Shown here in pieces: positions 40,801 through 55,100 of a stretch of 64,000 nt of DNA. The notes beneath the pieces are model-generated. The model had not been told where the DNA came from. It was given only the letters and a program-made list of their open reading frames with translations, and did not search any database. Where the stretch lies: the NCBI RefSeq assembly GCF_009914755.1, contig NC_060934.1. One strand, 5' to 3'. The DNA comes from the human T2T-CHM13v2.0 reference genome, Homo sapiens. The position numbers and the translations under genes are program-made. How positions within the stretch are numbered: position 1 is the stretch's first letter; every line of letters starts with the position of its first letter.

Positions 40801-43800
40801 GGCCCTCTTTGAGCCCTTCGTTGGAAACGGGATTTCCTCATATAATTCTAGACAGAAGAATTCTCAGTAACTTCTTTGTGTTGTTTGTATTCAACTCACA
40901 GATTTCAACCTTCCTTTAGAGAGAGCAGATTTGAAACACTCTTTTTTTGGTATTTGCAAGTGCAGATTCCAAGCGCTTCTAGGCCTATGGCAGAAAAGGA
41001 AATATCTTCGTATAAAAACTACACAGAATCATTCTCAACAACTACTTTGTGATGTGTGTGTTCAACTCACAGAGTTTAACCTTTCTTTTCATAGAGCAGT
41101 TTGGAAACACTCTGTTTGTAATGTCTGCAAGTGCATATTTGGACTTCTTTGAGGCCTTCGTTGGAAACGGGATTTCTTCATATAATGCTTGACAGAAGAA
41201 TTCTCAGTCACTTCTTTGTGTTGTGGTATTCAAGTCACAGAGTTGAAACTTCCTTTAGACAGAGCAGTTTTGAAAATCTCTTTCTGTGGAATTTGCAAGT
41301 GGAGATTTCAAGCGATTTGAGGCCAATCTTTGAAATGGAAATATCTTCGTGTAAAAACTACACAGAATCATTCTCAGGAACTACTTTCTGATGTGTGCGT
41401 TCAACACACGGAGTTTAACCTTTCTTTTCATAGAGCAGTTTGGAAACACTCTGTTTGTAAAGTCTGCAAGTGCTTATTTGGACCTCTTTGAGGCCTTCGT
41501 TGGAAACGTGATTTCTTCATATAATGCTAGACAGAAGAATTATCAGTCACTTCTTTGTGTTGTGTGTATTCAAGTCACAGAGTTAAACCTTCCTTTAGAC
41601 AGAGCAGTTTTGAAAAACTCTTTCTGTGGAATTTGCAAGTGGAGATTTCAAGCGATTTGAGGCCAATCTTTGAAATGGAAATCTCTTCGTGTAAAAACTA
41701 CACAGAATCATTCTCAGAAACTGCTTTGTGATGTCTGCGTTCAGCTTACAGAGTTTCACCTTTCTTTTTATAGAGCAGTTTGGAAAGACTCTGTCTGTAA
41801 AGTCTGCAAGTGAATACTTGGACCCCTTTGTGTACTTCGTTGGAAGAGGGATTTTTTCATTTACTGCTAGACAGAAGAATTCTCAGTAAATCCTTTGTGT
41901 TGTGTGAATTCAACTCACAGAGTTGAACCTTCCTTTATTCAGAGCAGTTTTGAAACACTCTTTTTGTGGAATTTCCAGGTGGAGATTTCAAGAGATTTGA
42001 CGCCTATCTTAGACATGGAAATATCTTCGTATTAAAACTACAGAGTCATTCGCAGAAACTAGTTTGTGATGTGTGCCTTCAACTCACAGAGTTTAACCTT
42101 TCTTTTCATAGAGCAGTCTGGAAACACTCTGTTTGTAAAGTCTGCAAGTGGATATTTGGACCTCTTTGAGGACTCAGTTGGAAACGGGATTTCTTCATAT
42201 AACGCTAGACAGAAGAATTCTCATTAACTTCTTTGTGTTGTGTGCATTCAACTCACAGAGTTGAAACTTTCTTTAGAGAGAGCAGATTTGAAACACTCTT
42301 TCTGTGGAATTTGCTAGTGCAGATATCAAACGCTTCGAGGACAATGGCAGAAAAGGTTATATCTTCATATTAAAATTAGACAAAATCATTCTCAGAATAC
42401 ACTTTGTGATGTGTGTGTTCAACTCACAGAGTTTAACATTCCTTTAATCGAGCAGTTAGGAAACACTCTTTTTGTAAAGTCTGCAAGTGGATAATTGGCC
42501 GTCTTTGAGCCCTTCGCTGGAAACGGGATTTCCTCATACAATGCTAGACCGAAGAATTCTCAGTAACTTCTTCGTGTTGTTTGTATTCAACTCAGAGATT
42601 TGAACCTTCCTTTGGAGAGAGCAGATTTGAAAAACTCTTTTTTTGGTATTTGCAAGTACAGATTTCAAGCGCTCCTAGGCCTATGGCAGAAAAGGAAATA
42701 TCTTCGTATAAAAACTACACAGAATCATTCTCAACAACTACTTTGTGATGTGAGCGTTCAACTCACAGAGTTTAACCTTTCTTTTCATAGAGCACTTTGG
42801 AAAGACTCTGTCTGTAAAGTCTGCAAGTGCTTATTTGGACTTCTTTGAGGCCTTCGTTGGAAACGGGATTTCTTCATATAACGCTGGACAGAAGAATTCT
42901 CATTTACTTCTTTGTGTTGTGTGCATTCAACTCACAGAGTTGAAACTTTCTTTAGAGAGAGCAGATTTGAAACACCCTTTCTGTGGAGTTTGCTAGTGCA
43001 GATTTCAAACGCTTCGAGGACAATGGTAGAAAAGGATATATCTTCGTATTAAAACTAGACAAAATCATTCTCAGAATACACTTTGTGATGTGTGTGTTCC
43101 ACTTACAGAGTTTAACCTTTCTTTAATCGAGCAGTTTGGAAACACTCTCTTTGTAAAGTCTCCAAGTGGATAATTGGCCCTCTTTGAGCCCTTCGTTGGA
43201 AACGGGATTTCCTCATATAATTCTAGACAGAAGAATTCTCAGTAACTTCTTTGTGTTGTTTGTATTCAACTCACAGATTTCAACCTTCCTTTAGAGAGAG
43301 CAGATTTGAAACACTCTTTTTTTGGTATTTGCAAGTGCAGATTCCAAGCGCTTCTAGGCCTATGGCAGAAAAGGAAATATCTTCGTATAAAAACTACACA
43401 GAATCATTCTCAACAACTACTTTGTGATGTGTGTGTTCAACTCACAGAGTTTAACCTTTCTTTTCATAGAGCAGTTTGGAAACACTCTGTTTGTAATGTC
43501 TGCAAGTGCATATTTGGACTTCTTTGAGGCCTTCGTTGGAAACGGGATTTCTTCATATAATGCTTGACAGAAGAATTCTCAGTCACTTCTTTGTGTTGTG
43601 GTATTCAAGTCACAGAGTTGAAACTTCCTTTAGACAGAGCAGTTTTGAAAATCTCTTTCTGTGGAATTTGCAAGTGGAGATTTCAAGCGATTTGAGGCCA
43701 ATCTTTGAAATGGAAATATCTTCGTGTAAAAACTACACAGAATCATTCTCAGGAACTACTTTCTGATGTGTGCGTTCAACACACGGAGTTTAACCTTTCT

Positions 43801-46129
43801 TTTCATAGAGCAGTTTGGAAACACTCTGTTTGTAAAGTCTGCAAGTGCTTATTTGGACCTCTTTGAGGCCTTCGTTGGAAACGTGATTTCTTCATATAAT
43901 GCTAGACAGAAGAATTATCAGTCACTTCTTTGTGTTGTGTGTATTCAAGTCACAGAGTTAAACCTTCCTTTAGACAGAGCAGTTTTGAAAAACTCTTTCT
44001 GTGGAATTTGCAAGTGGAGATTTCAAGCGATTTGAGGCCAATCTTTGAAATGGAAATCTCTTCGTGTAAAAACTACACAGAATCATTCTCAGAAACTGCT
44101 TTGTGATGTCTGCGTTCAGCTTACAGAGTTTCACCTTTCTTTTTATAGAGCAGTTTGGAAAGACTCTGTCTGTAAAGTCTGCAAGTGAATACTTGGACCC
44201 CTTTGTGTACTTCGTTGGAAGAGGGATTTTTTCATTTACTGCTAGACAGAAGAATTCTCAGTAAATCCTTTGTGTTGTGTGAATTCAACTCACAGAGTTG
44301 AACCTTCCTTTATTCAGAGCAGTTTTGAAACACTCTTTTTGTGGAATTTCCAGGTGGAGATTTCAAGAGATTTGACGCCTATCTTAGACATGGAAATATC
44401 TTCGTATTAAAACTACAGAGTCATTCGCAGAAACTAGTTTGTGATGTGTGCCTTCAACTCACAGAGTTTAACCTTTCTTTTCATAGAGCAGTCTGGAAAC
44501 ACTCTGTTTGTAAAGTCTGCAAGTGGATATTTGGACCTCTTTGAGGACTCAGTTGGAAACGGGATTTCTTCATATAACGCTAGACAGAAGAATTCTCATT
44601 AACTTCTTTGTGTTGTGTGCATTCAACTCACAGAGTTGAAACTTTCTTTAGAGAGAGCAGATTTGAAACACTCTTTCTGTGGAATTTGCTAGTGCAGATA
44701 TCAAACGCTTCGAGGACAATGGCAGAAAAGGTTATATCTTCATATTAAAATTAGACAAAATCATTCTCAGAATACACTTTGTGATGTGTGTGTTCAACTC
44801 ACAGAGTTTAACATTCCTTTAATCGAGCAGTTAGGAAACACTCTTTTTGTAAAGTCTGCAAGTGGATAATTGGCCGTCTTTGAGCCCTTCGCTGGAAACG
44901 GGATTTCCTCATACAATGCTAGACGGAAGAATTCTCAGTAACTTCTTCGTGTTGTTTGTATTCAACTCAGAGATTTGAACCTTCCTTTGGAGAGAGCAGA
45001 TTTGAAAAACTCTTTTTTTGGTATTTGCAAGTACAGATTTCAAGCGCTCCTAGGCCTATGGCAGAAAAGGAAATATCTTCGTATAAAAACTACACAGAAT
45101 CATTCTCAACAACTACTTTGTGATGTGAGCGTTCAACTCACAGAGTTTAACCTTTCTTTTCATAGAGCACTTTGGAAAGACTCTGTCTGTAAAGTCTGCA
45201 AGTGCTTATTTGGACTTCTTTGAGGCCTTCGTTGGAAACGGGATTTCTTCATATAACGCTGGACAGAAGAATTCTCATTTACTTCTTTGTGTTGTGTGCA
45301 TTCAACTCACAGAGTTGAAACTTTCTTTAGAGAGAGCAGATTTGAAACACCCTTTCTGTGGAGTTTGCTAGTGCAGATTTCAAACGCTTCGAGGACAATG
45401 GTAGAAAAGGATATATCTTCGTATTAAAACTAGACAAAATCATTCTCAGAATACACTTTGTGATGTGTGTGTTCCACTTACAGAGTTTAACCTTTCTTTA
45501 ATCGAGCAGTTTGGAAACACTCTCTTTGTAAAGTCTCCAAGTGGATAATTGGCCCTCTTTGAGCCCTTCGTTGGAAACGGGATTTCCTCATATAATTCTA
45601 GACAGAAGAATTCTCAGTAACTTCTTTGTGTTGTTTGTATTCAACTCACAGATTTCAACCTTCCTTTAGAGAGAGCAGATTTGAAACACTCTTTTTTTGG
45701 TATTTGCAAGTGCAGATTCCAAGCGCTTCTAGGCCTATGGCAGAAAAGGAAATATCTTCGTATAAAAACTACACAGAATCATTCTCAACAACTACTTTGT
45801 GATGTGTGTGTTCAACTCACAGAGTTTAACCTTTCTTTTCATAGAGCAGTTTGGAAACACTCTGTTTGTAATGTCTGCAAGTGCATATTTGGACTTCTTT
45901 GAGGCCTTCGTTGGAAACGGGATTTCTTCATATAATGCTTGACAGAAGAATTCTCAGTCACTTCTTTGTGTTGTGGTATTCAAGTCACAGAGTTGAAACT
46001 TCCTTTAGACAGAGCAGTTTTGAAAATCTCTTTCTGTGGAATTTGCAAGTGGAGATTTCAAGCGATTTGAGGCCAATCTTTGAAATGGAAATATCTTCGT
46101 GTAAAAACTACACAGAATCATTCTCAGGA

Positions 46130-49100
46130 ACTACTTTCTGATGTGTGCGTTCAACACACGGAGTTTAACCTTTCTTTTCATAGAGCAGTTTGGAAACACT
46201 CTGTTTGTAAAGTCTGCAAGTGCTTATTTGGACCTCTTTGAGGCCTTCGTTGGAAACGTGATTTCTTCATATAATGCTAGACAGAAGAATTATCAGTCAC
46301 TTCTTTGTGTTGTGTGTATTCAAGTCACAGAGTTAAACCTTCCTTTAGACAGAGCAGTTTTGAAAAACTCTTTCTGTGGAATTTGCAAGTGGAGATTTCA
46401 AGCGATTTGAGGCCAATCTTTGAAATGGAAATCTCTTCGTGTAAAAACTACACAGAATCATTCTCAGAAACTGCTTTGTGATGTCTGCGTTCAGCTTACA
46501 GAGTTTCACCTTTCTTTTTATAGAGCAGTTTGGAAAGACTCTGTCTGTAAAGTCTGCAAGTGAATACTTGGACCCCTTTGTGTACTTCGTTGGAAGAGGG
46601 ATTTTTTCATTTACTGCTAGACAGAAGAATTCTCAGTAAATCCTTTGTGTTGTGTGAATTCAACTCACAGAGTTGAACCTTCCTTTATTCAGAGCAGTTT
46701 TGAAACACTCTTTTTGTGGAATTTCCACGTGGAGATTTCAAGAGATTTGACGCCTATCTTAGACATGGAAATATCTTCGTATTAAAACTACAGAGTCATT
46801 CGCAGAAACTAGTTTGTGATGTGTGCCTTCAACTCACAGAGTTTAACCTTTCTTTTCATAGAGCAGTCTGGAAACACTCTGTTTGTAAAGTCTGCAAGTG
46901 GATATTTGGACCTCTTTGAGGACTCAGTTGGAAACGGGATTTCTTCATATAACGCTAGACAGAAGAATTCTCATTAAGTTCTTTGTGTTGTGTGCATTCA
47001 ACTCACAGAGTTGAAACTTTCTTTAGAGAGAGCAGATTTGAAACACTCTTTCTGTGGAATTTGCTAGTGCAGATATCAAACTCTTCGAGGACAATGGCAG
47101 AAAAGGTTATATCTTCATATTAAAATTAGACAAAATCATTCTCAGAATACACTTTGTGATGTGTGTGTTCAACTCACAGAGTTTAACATTCCTTTAATCG
47201 AGCAGTTAGGAAACACTCTTTTTGTAAAGTCTGCAAGTGGATAATTGGCCGTCTTTGAGCCCTTCGCTGGAAACGGGATTTCCTCATAGAATGCTAGACG
47301 GAAGAATTCTCAGTAACTTCTTCGTGTTGTTTGTATTCAACTCAGAGATTTGAACCTTCCTTTCGAGAGAGCAGATTTGAAAAACTCTTTTTTTGGTATT
47401 TGCAAGTACAGATTTCAAGCGCTCCTAGGCCTATGGCAGAAAAGGAAATATCTTCGTATAAAAACTACACAGAATCATTCTCAACAACTACTTTGTGATG
47501 TGAGCGTTCAACTCACAGAGTTTAACCTTTCTTTTCATAGAGCACTTTGGAAAGACTCTGTCTGTAAAGTCTGCAAGTGCTTATTTGGACTTCTTTGAGG
47601 CCTTCGTTGGAAACGGGATTTCTTCATATAACGCTGGACAGAAGAATTCTCATTTACTTCTTTGTGTTGTGTGCATTCAACTCAGAGTTGAAACTTTCTT
47701 TAGAGAGAGCAGATTTGAAATACCCTTTCTGTGGAGTTTGCTAGTGCAGATTTCAAACGCTTCGAGGACAATGGTAGAAAAGGATATATCTTCGTATTAA
47801 AACTAGATAAAATCATTCTCAGAATACACTTTGTGATGTGTGTGTTCCACTTACAGAGTTTAACCTTTCTTTAATCGAGCAGTTTGGAAACACTCTCTTT
47901 GTAAAGTCTCCAAGTGGATAATTGTCCCTCTTTGAGCCCTTCGTTGGAAACGGGATTTCCTCATATAATTCTAGACAGAAGAATTCTCAGTAACTTCTTT
48001 GTGTTGTTTGTATTCAACTCACAGATTTCAACCTTCCTTTAGAGAGAGCAGATTTGAAACACTCTTTTTTTGGTATTTGCAAGTGCAGATTCCAAGCGCT
48101 TCTAGGCCTATGGCAGAAAAGGAAATATCTTCGTATAAAAACTACACAGAATCATTCTCAACAACTACTTTGTGATGTGTGTGTTCAACTCACAGAGTTT
48201 AACCTTTCTTTTCATAGAGCAGTTTGGAAACACTCTGTTTGTAATGTCTGCAAGTGCATATTTGGACTTCTTTGAGGCCTTCGTTGGAAACGGGATTTCT
48301 TCACATAATGCTTGACAGAAGAATTCTCAGTCACTTCTTTGTGTTGTGGTATTCAAGTCACAGAGTTGAAACTTCCTTTAGACAGAGCAGTTTTGAAAAT
48401 CTCTTTCTGTGGAATTTGCAAGTGGAGATTTCAAGCGATTTGAGGCCAATCCTTGAAATGGAAATATCTTCGTGTAAAAACTACACAGAATCATTCTCAG
48501 GAACTGCTTTCTGATGTGTGCGTTCAACACACGGAGTTTAACCTTTCTTTTCATAGAGCAGTTTGGAAACACTCTGTTTGTAAAGTCTGCAAGTGCATAT
48601 TTGGACCTCTTTGAGGCCTTCGTTGGAAACGTGATTTCTTCATATAATGCTAGATAGAAGAATTATCAGTCACTTCTTTGTGTTGTGTGTATTCAAGTCA
48701 CAGAGTTGAACCTTCCTTTAGACAGAGCAGTTTTGAAAAACTCTTTGTGTGGAATTTGCAAGTGGAGATTTCAAGCGATTTGAGGCCAATCTTTGAAATG
48801 GAAATCTCTTCGTGTAAAAACTACACAGAATCATTCTCAGAAACTGCTTTGTGATGTCTGCGTTCAGCTTACAGAGTTTCACCTTTCTTTTTATAGAGCA
48901 GTTTGGAAAGACTATGTCTGTAAAGTCTGCAAGTGAATACTTGGACCCCTTTGTGTACTTCGTTGGAAGAGGGATTTTTTCATTTACTGCTAGACAGAAG
49001 AATTCTCAGTAAATCCTTTGTGTTGTGTGAATTCAACTCACAGAGTTGAACCTTCCTTTATTCAGAGCAGCTTTGAAACACTCTTTTTGTGGAATTTCCA

Positions 49101-52100
49101 GGTGCAGATTTCGAGAGATTTGACGCCTATCTTAGACATGGAAATATCTTCGTATTAAAACTACAGAGTCATTCGCAGAAACTAGTTTGTGATGTGTGCC
49201 TTCAACTCACAGAGTTTAACCTTTCTTTTCATAGAGCAGTCTGGAAACACTCTGTTTGTAAAGTCTGCAAGTGGATATTTGGACCTCTTTGAGGACTCAG
49301 TTGGAAACGGGATTTCTTCATATAACGCTAGACAGAAGAATTCTCATTAACTTCTTTGTGTTGTGTGCATTCAACTCACAGAGTTGAAACTTTCTTTAGA
49401 GAGAGCAGATTTGAAACACTCTTTCTGTGGAATTTGCTAGTGCAGATATCAAACGCTTCGAGGACAATGGCAGAAAAGGTTATATCTTCATATTAAAATT
49501 AGACAAAATCATTCTCAGAATACACTTTGTGATGTGTGTGTTCAACTCACAGAGTTTAACATTCCTTTAATCGAGCAGTTAGGAAACACTCTTTTTGTAA
49601 AGTCTGCAAGTGGATAATTGGCCGTCTTTGAGCCCTTCGCTGGAAACGGGATTTCCTCATACAATGCTAGACGGAAGAATTCTCAGTAACTTCTTCGTGT
49701 TGTTTGTATTCAACTCAGAGATTTGAACCTTCCTTTGGAGAGAGCAGATTTGAAAAACTCTTTTTTTGGTATTTGCAAGTACAGATTTCAAGCGCTCCTA
49801 GGCCTATGGCAGAAAAGGAAATATCTTCGTATAAAAACTACACAGAATCATTCTCAACAACTACTTTGTGATGTGAGCGTTCAACTCACAGAGTTTAACC
49901 TTTCTTTTCATAGAGCACTTTGGAAAGACTCTGTCTGTAAAGTCTGCAAGTGCTTATTTGGACTTCTTTGAGGCCTTCGTTGGAAACGGGATTTCTTCAT
50001 ATAACGCTGGACAGAAGAATTCTCATTTACTTCTTTGTGTTGTGTGCATTCAACTCACAGAGTTGAAACTTTCTTTAGAGAGAGCAGATTTGAAACACCC
50101 TTTCTGTGGAGTTTGCTAGTGCAGATTTCAAACGCTTCGAGGACAATGGTAGAAAAGGATATATCTTCGTATTAAAACTAGACAAAATCATTCTCAGAAT
50201 ACACTTTGTGATGTGTGTGTTCCACTTACAGAGTTTAACCTTTCTTTAATCGAGCAGTTTGGAAACACTCTCTTTGTAAAGTCTCCAAGTGGATAATTGG
50301 CCCTCCTTGAGCCCTTCGTTCGAAACGGGATTTCCTCATATAATTCTAGACAGAAGAATTCTCAGTAACTTCTTTGTGTTGTTTGTATTCAACTCACAGA
50401 TTTCAACCTTCCTTTAGAGAGAGCAGATTTGAAACACTCTTTTTTTGGTATTTGCAAGTGCAGATTCCAAGCGCTTCTAGGCCTATGGCAGAAAAGGAAA
50501 TATCTTCGTATAAAAACTACACAGAATCATTCTCAACAACTACTTTGTGATGTGTGTGTTCAACTCACAGAGTTTAACCTTTCTTTTCATAGAGCAGTTT
50601 GGAAACACTCTGTTTGTAATGTCTGCAAGTGCATATTTGGACTTCTTTGAGGCCTTCGTTGGAAACGGGATTTCTTCATATAATGCTTGACAGAAGAATT
50701 CTCAGTCACTTCTTTGTGTTGTGGTATTCAAGTCACAGAGTTGAAACTTCCTTTAGACAGAGCAGTTTTGAAAATCTCTTTCTGTGGAATTTGCAAGTGG
50801 AGATTTCAAGCGATTTGAGGCCAATCTTTGAAATGGAAATATTTTCGTGTAAAAACTACACAGAATCATTCTGAGGAACTACTTTCTGATGTGTGCGTTC
50901 AACACACGGAGTTTAACCTTTCTTTTCATAGAGCAGTTTGGAAACACTCTGTTTGTAAAGTCTGCAAGTGCTTATTTGGACCTCTTTGAGGCCTTCGTTG
51001 GAAACGTGATTTCTTCATATAATGCTAGACAGAAGAATTATCAGTCACTTCTTTGTGTTGTGTGTATTCAAGTCACAGAGTTAAACCTTCCTTTAGACAG
51101 AGCAGTTTTGAAAAACTCTTTCTGTGGAATTTGCAAGTGGAGATTTCAAGCGATTTGAGGCCAATCTTTGAAATGGAAATCTCTTCGTGTAAAAACTACA
51201 CAGAATCATTCTCAGAAACTGCTTTGTGATGTCTGCGTTCAGCTTACAGAGTTTCACCTTTCTTTTTATAGAGCAGTTTGGAAAGACTCTGTCTGTAAAG
51301 TCTGCAAGTGAATACTTGGACCCCTTTGTGTACTTCGTTGGAAGAGGGATTTTTTCATTTACTGCTAGACAGAAGAATTCTCAGTAAATCCTTTGTGTTG
51401 TGTGAATTCAACTCACAGAGTTGAACCTTCCTTTATTCAGAGCAGTTTTGAAACACTCTTTTTGTGGAATTTCCACGTGGAGATTTCAAGAGATTTGACG
51501 CCTATCTTAGACATGGAAATATCTTCGTATTAAAACTACAGAGTCATTCGCAGAAACTAGTTTGTGATGTGTGCCTTCAACTCACAGAGTTTAACCTTTC
51601 TTTTCATAGAGCAGTCTGGAAACACTCTGTTTGTAAAGTCTGCAAGTGGATATTTGGACCTCTTTGAGGACTCAGTTGGAAACGGGATTTCTTCATATAA
51701 CGCTAGACAGAAGAATTCTCATTAAGTTCTTTGTGTTGTGTGCATTCAACTCACAGAGTTGAAACTTTCTTTAGAGAGAGCAGATTTGAAACACTCTTTC
51801 TGTGGAATTTGCTAGTGCAGATATCAAACTCTTCGAGGACAATGGCAGAAAAGGTTATATCTTCATATTAAAATTAGACAAAATCATTCTCAGAATACAC
51901 TTTGTGATGTGTGTGTTCAACTCACAGAGTTTAACATTCCTTTAATCGAGCAGTTAGGAAACACTCTTTTTGTAAAGTCTGCAAGTGGATAATTGGCCGT
52001 CTTTGAGCCCTTCGCTGGAAACGGGATTTCCTCATAGAATGCTAGACGGAAGAATTCTCAGTAACTTCTTCGTGTTGTTTGTATTCAACTCAGAGATTTG

Positions 52101-55100
52101 AACCTTCCTTTCGAGAGAGCAGATTTGAAAAACTCTTTTTTTGGTATTTGCAAGTACAGATTTCAAGCGCTCCTAGGCCTATGGCAGAAAAGGAAATATC
52201 TTCGTATAAAAACTACACAGAATCATTCTCAACAACTACTTTGTGATGTGAGCGTTCAACTCACAGAGTTTAACCTTTCTTTTCATAGAGCACTTTGGAA
52301 AGACTCTGTCTGTAAAGTCTGCAAGTGCTTATTTGGACTTCTTTGAGGCCTTCGTTGGAAACGGGATTTCTTCATATAACGCTGGACAGAAGAATTCTCA
52401 TTTACTTCTTTGTGTTGTGTGCATTCAACTCAGAGTTGAAACTTTCTTTAGAGAGAGCAGATTTGAAATACCCTTTCTGTGGAGTTTGCTAGTGCAGATT
52501 TCAAACGCTTCGAGGACAATGGTAGAAAAGGATATATCTTCGTATTAAAACTAGATAAAATCATTCTCAGAATACACTTTGTGATGTGTGTGTTCCACTT
52601 ACAGAGTTTAACCTTTCTTTAATCGAGCAGTTTGGAAACACTCTCTTTGTAAAGTCTCCAAGTGGATAATTGTCCCTCTTTGAGCCCTTCGTTGGAAACG
52701 GGATTTCCTCATATAATTCTAGACAGAAGAATTCTCAGTAACTTCTTTGTGTTGTTTGTATTCAACTCACAGATTTCAACCTTCCTTTAGAGAGAGCAGA
52801 TTTGAAACACTCTTTTTTTGGTATTTGCAAGTGCAGATTCCAAGCGCTTCTAGGCCTATGGCAGAAAAGGAAATATCTTCGTATAAAAACTACACAGAAT
52901 CATTCTCAACAACTACTTTGTGATGTGTGTGTTCAACTCACAGAGTTTAACCTTTCTTTTCATAGAGCAGTTTGGAAACACTCTGTTTGTAATGTCTGCA
53001 AGTGCATATTTGGACTTCTTTGAGGCCTTCGTTGGAAACGGGATTTCTTCACATAATGCTTGACAGAAGAATTCTCAGTCACTTCTTTGTGTTGTGGTAT
53101 TCAAGTCACAGAGTTGAAACTTCCTTTAGACAGAGCAGTTTTGAAAATCTCTTTCTGTGGAATTTGCAAGTGGAGATTTCAAGCGATTTGAGGCCAATCC
53201 TTGAAATGGAAATATCTTCGTGTAAAAACTACACAGAATCATTCTCAGGAACTGCTTTCTGATGTGTGCGTTCAACACACGGAGTTTAACCTTTCTTTTC
53301 ATAGAGCAGTTTGGAAACACTCTGTTTGTAAAGTCTGCAAGTGCATATTTGGACCTCTTTGAGGCCTTCGTTGGAAACGTGATTTCTTCATATAATGCTA
53401 GATAGAAGAATTATCAGTCACTTCTTTGTGTTGTGTGTATTCAAGTCACAGAGTTGAACCTTCCTTTAGACAGAGCAGTTTTGAAAAACTCTTTGTGTGG
53501 AATTTGCAAGTGGAGATTTCAAGCGATTTGAGGCCAATCTTTGAAATGGAAATCTCTTCGTGTAAAAACTACACAGAATCATTCTCAGAAACTGCTTTGT
53601 GATGTCTGCGTTCAGCTTACAGAGTTTCACCTTTCTTTTTATAGAGCAGTTTGGAAAGACTATGTCTGTAAAGTCTGCAAGTGAATACTTGGACCCCTTT
53701 GTGTACTTCGTTGGAAGAGGGATTTTTTCATTTACTGCTAGACAGAAGAATTCTCAGTAAATCCTTTGTGTTGTGTGAATTCAACTCACAGAGTTGAACC
53801 TTCCTTTATTCAGAGCAGCTTTGAAACACTCTTTTTGTGGAATTTCCAGGTGCAGATTTCGAGAGATTTGACGCCTATCTTAGACATGGAAATATCTTCG
53901 TATTAAAACTACAGAGTCATTCGCAGAAACTAGTTTGTGATGTGTGCCTTCAACTCACAGAGTTTAACCTTTCTTTTCATAGAGCAGTCTGGAAACACTC
54001 TGTTTGTAAAGTCTGCAAGTGGATATTTGGACCTCTTTGAGGACTCAGTTGGAAACGGGATTTCTTCATATAACGCTAGACAGAAGAATTCTCATTAACT
54101 TCTTTGTGTTGTGTGCATTCAACTCACAGAGTTGAAACTTTCTTTAGAGAGAGCAGATTTGAAACACTCTTTCTGTGGAATTTGCTAGTGCAGATATCAA
54201 ACGCTTCGAGGACAATGGCAGAAAAGGTTATATCTTCATATTAAAATTAGACAAAATCATTCTCAGAATACACTTTGTGATGTGTGTGTTCAACTCACAG
54301 AGTTTAACATTCCTTTAATCGAGCAGTTAGGAAACACTCTTTTTGTAAAGTCTGCAAGTGGATAATTGGCCGTCTTTGAGCCCTTCGCTGGAAACGGGAT
54401 TTCCTCATACAATGCTAGACGGAAGAATTCTCAGTAACTTCTTCGTGTTGTTTGTATTCAACTCAGAGATTTGAACCTTCCTTTGGAGAGAGCAGATTTG
54501 AAAAACTCTTTTTTTGGTATTTGCAAGTACAGATTTCAAGCGCTCCTAGGCCTATGGCAGAAAAGGAAATATCTTCGTATAAAAACTACACAGAATCATT
54601 CTCAACAACTACTTTGTGATGTGAGCGTTCAACTCACAGAGTTTAACCTTTCTTTTCATAGAGCACTTTGGAAAGACTCTGTCTGTAAAGTCTGCAAGTG
54701 CTTATTTGGACTTCTTTGAGGCCTTCGTTGGAAACGGGATTTCTTCATATAACGCTGGACAGAAGAATTCTCATTTACTTCTTTGTGTTGTGTGCATTCA
54801 ACTCACAGAGTTGAAACTTTCTTTAGAGAGAGCAGATTTGAAACACCCTTTCTGTGGAGTTTGCTAGTGCAGATTTCAAACGCTTCGAGGACAATGGTAG
54901 AAAAGGATATATCTTCGTATTAAAACTAGACAAAATCATTCTCAGAATACACTTTGTGATGTGTGTGTTCCACTTACAGAGTTTAACCTTTCTTTAATCG
55001 AGCAGTTTGGAAACACTCTCTTTGTAAAGTCTCCAAGTGGATAATTGGCCCTCCTTGAGCCCTTCGTTCGAAACGGGATTTCCTCATATAATTCTAGACA

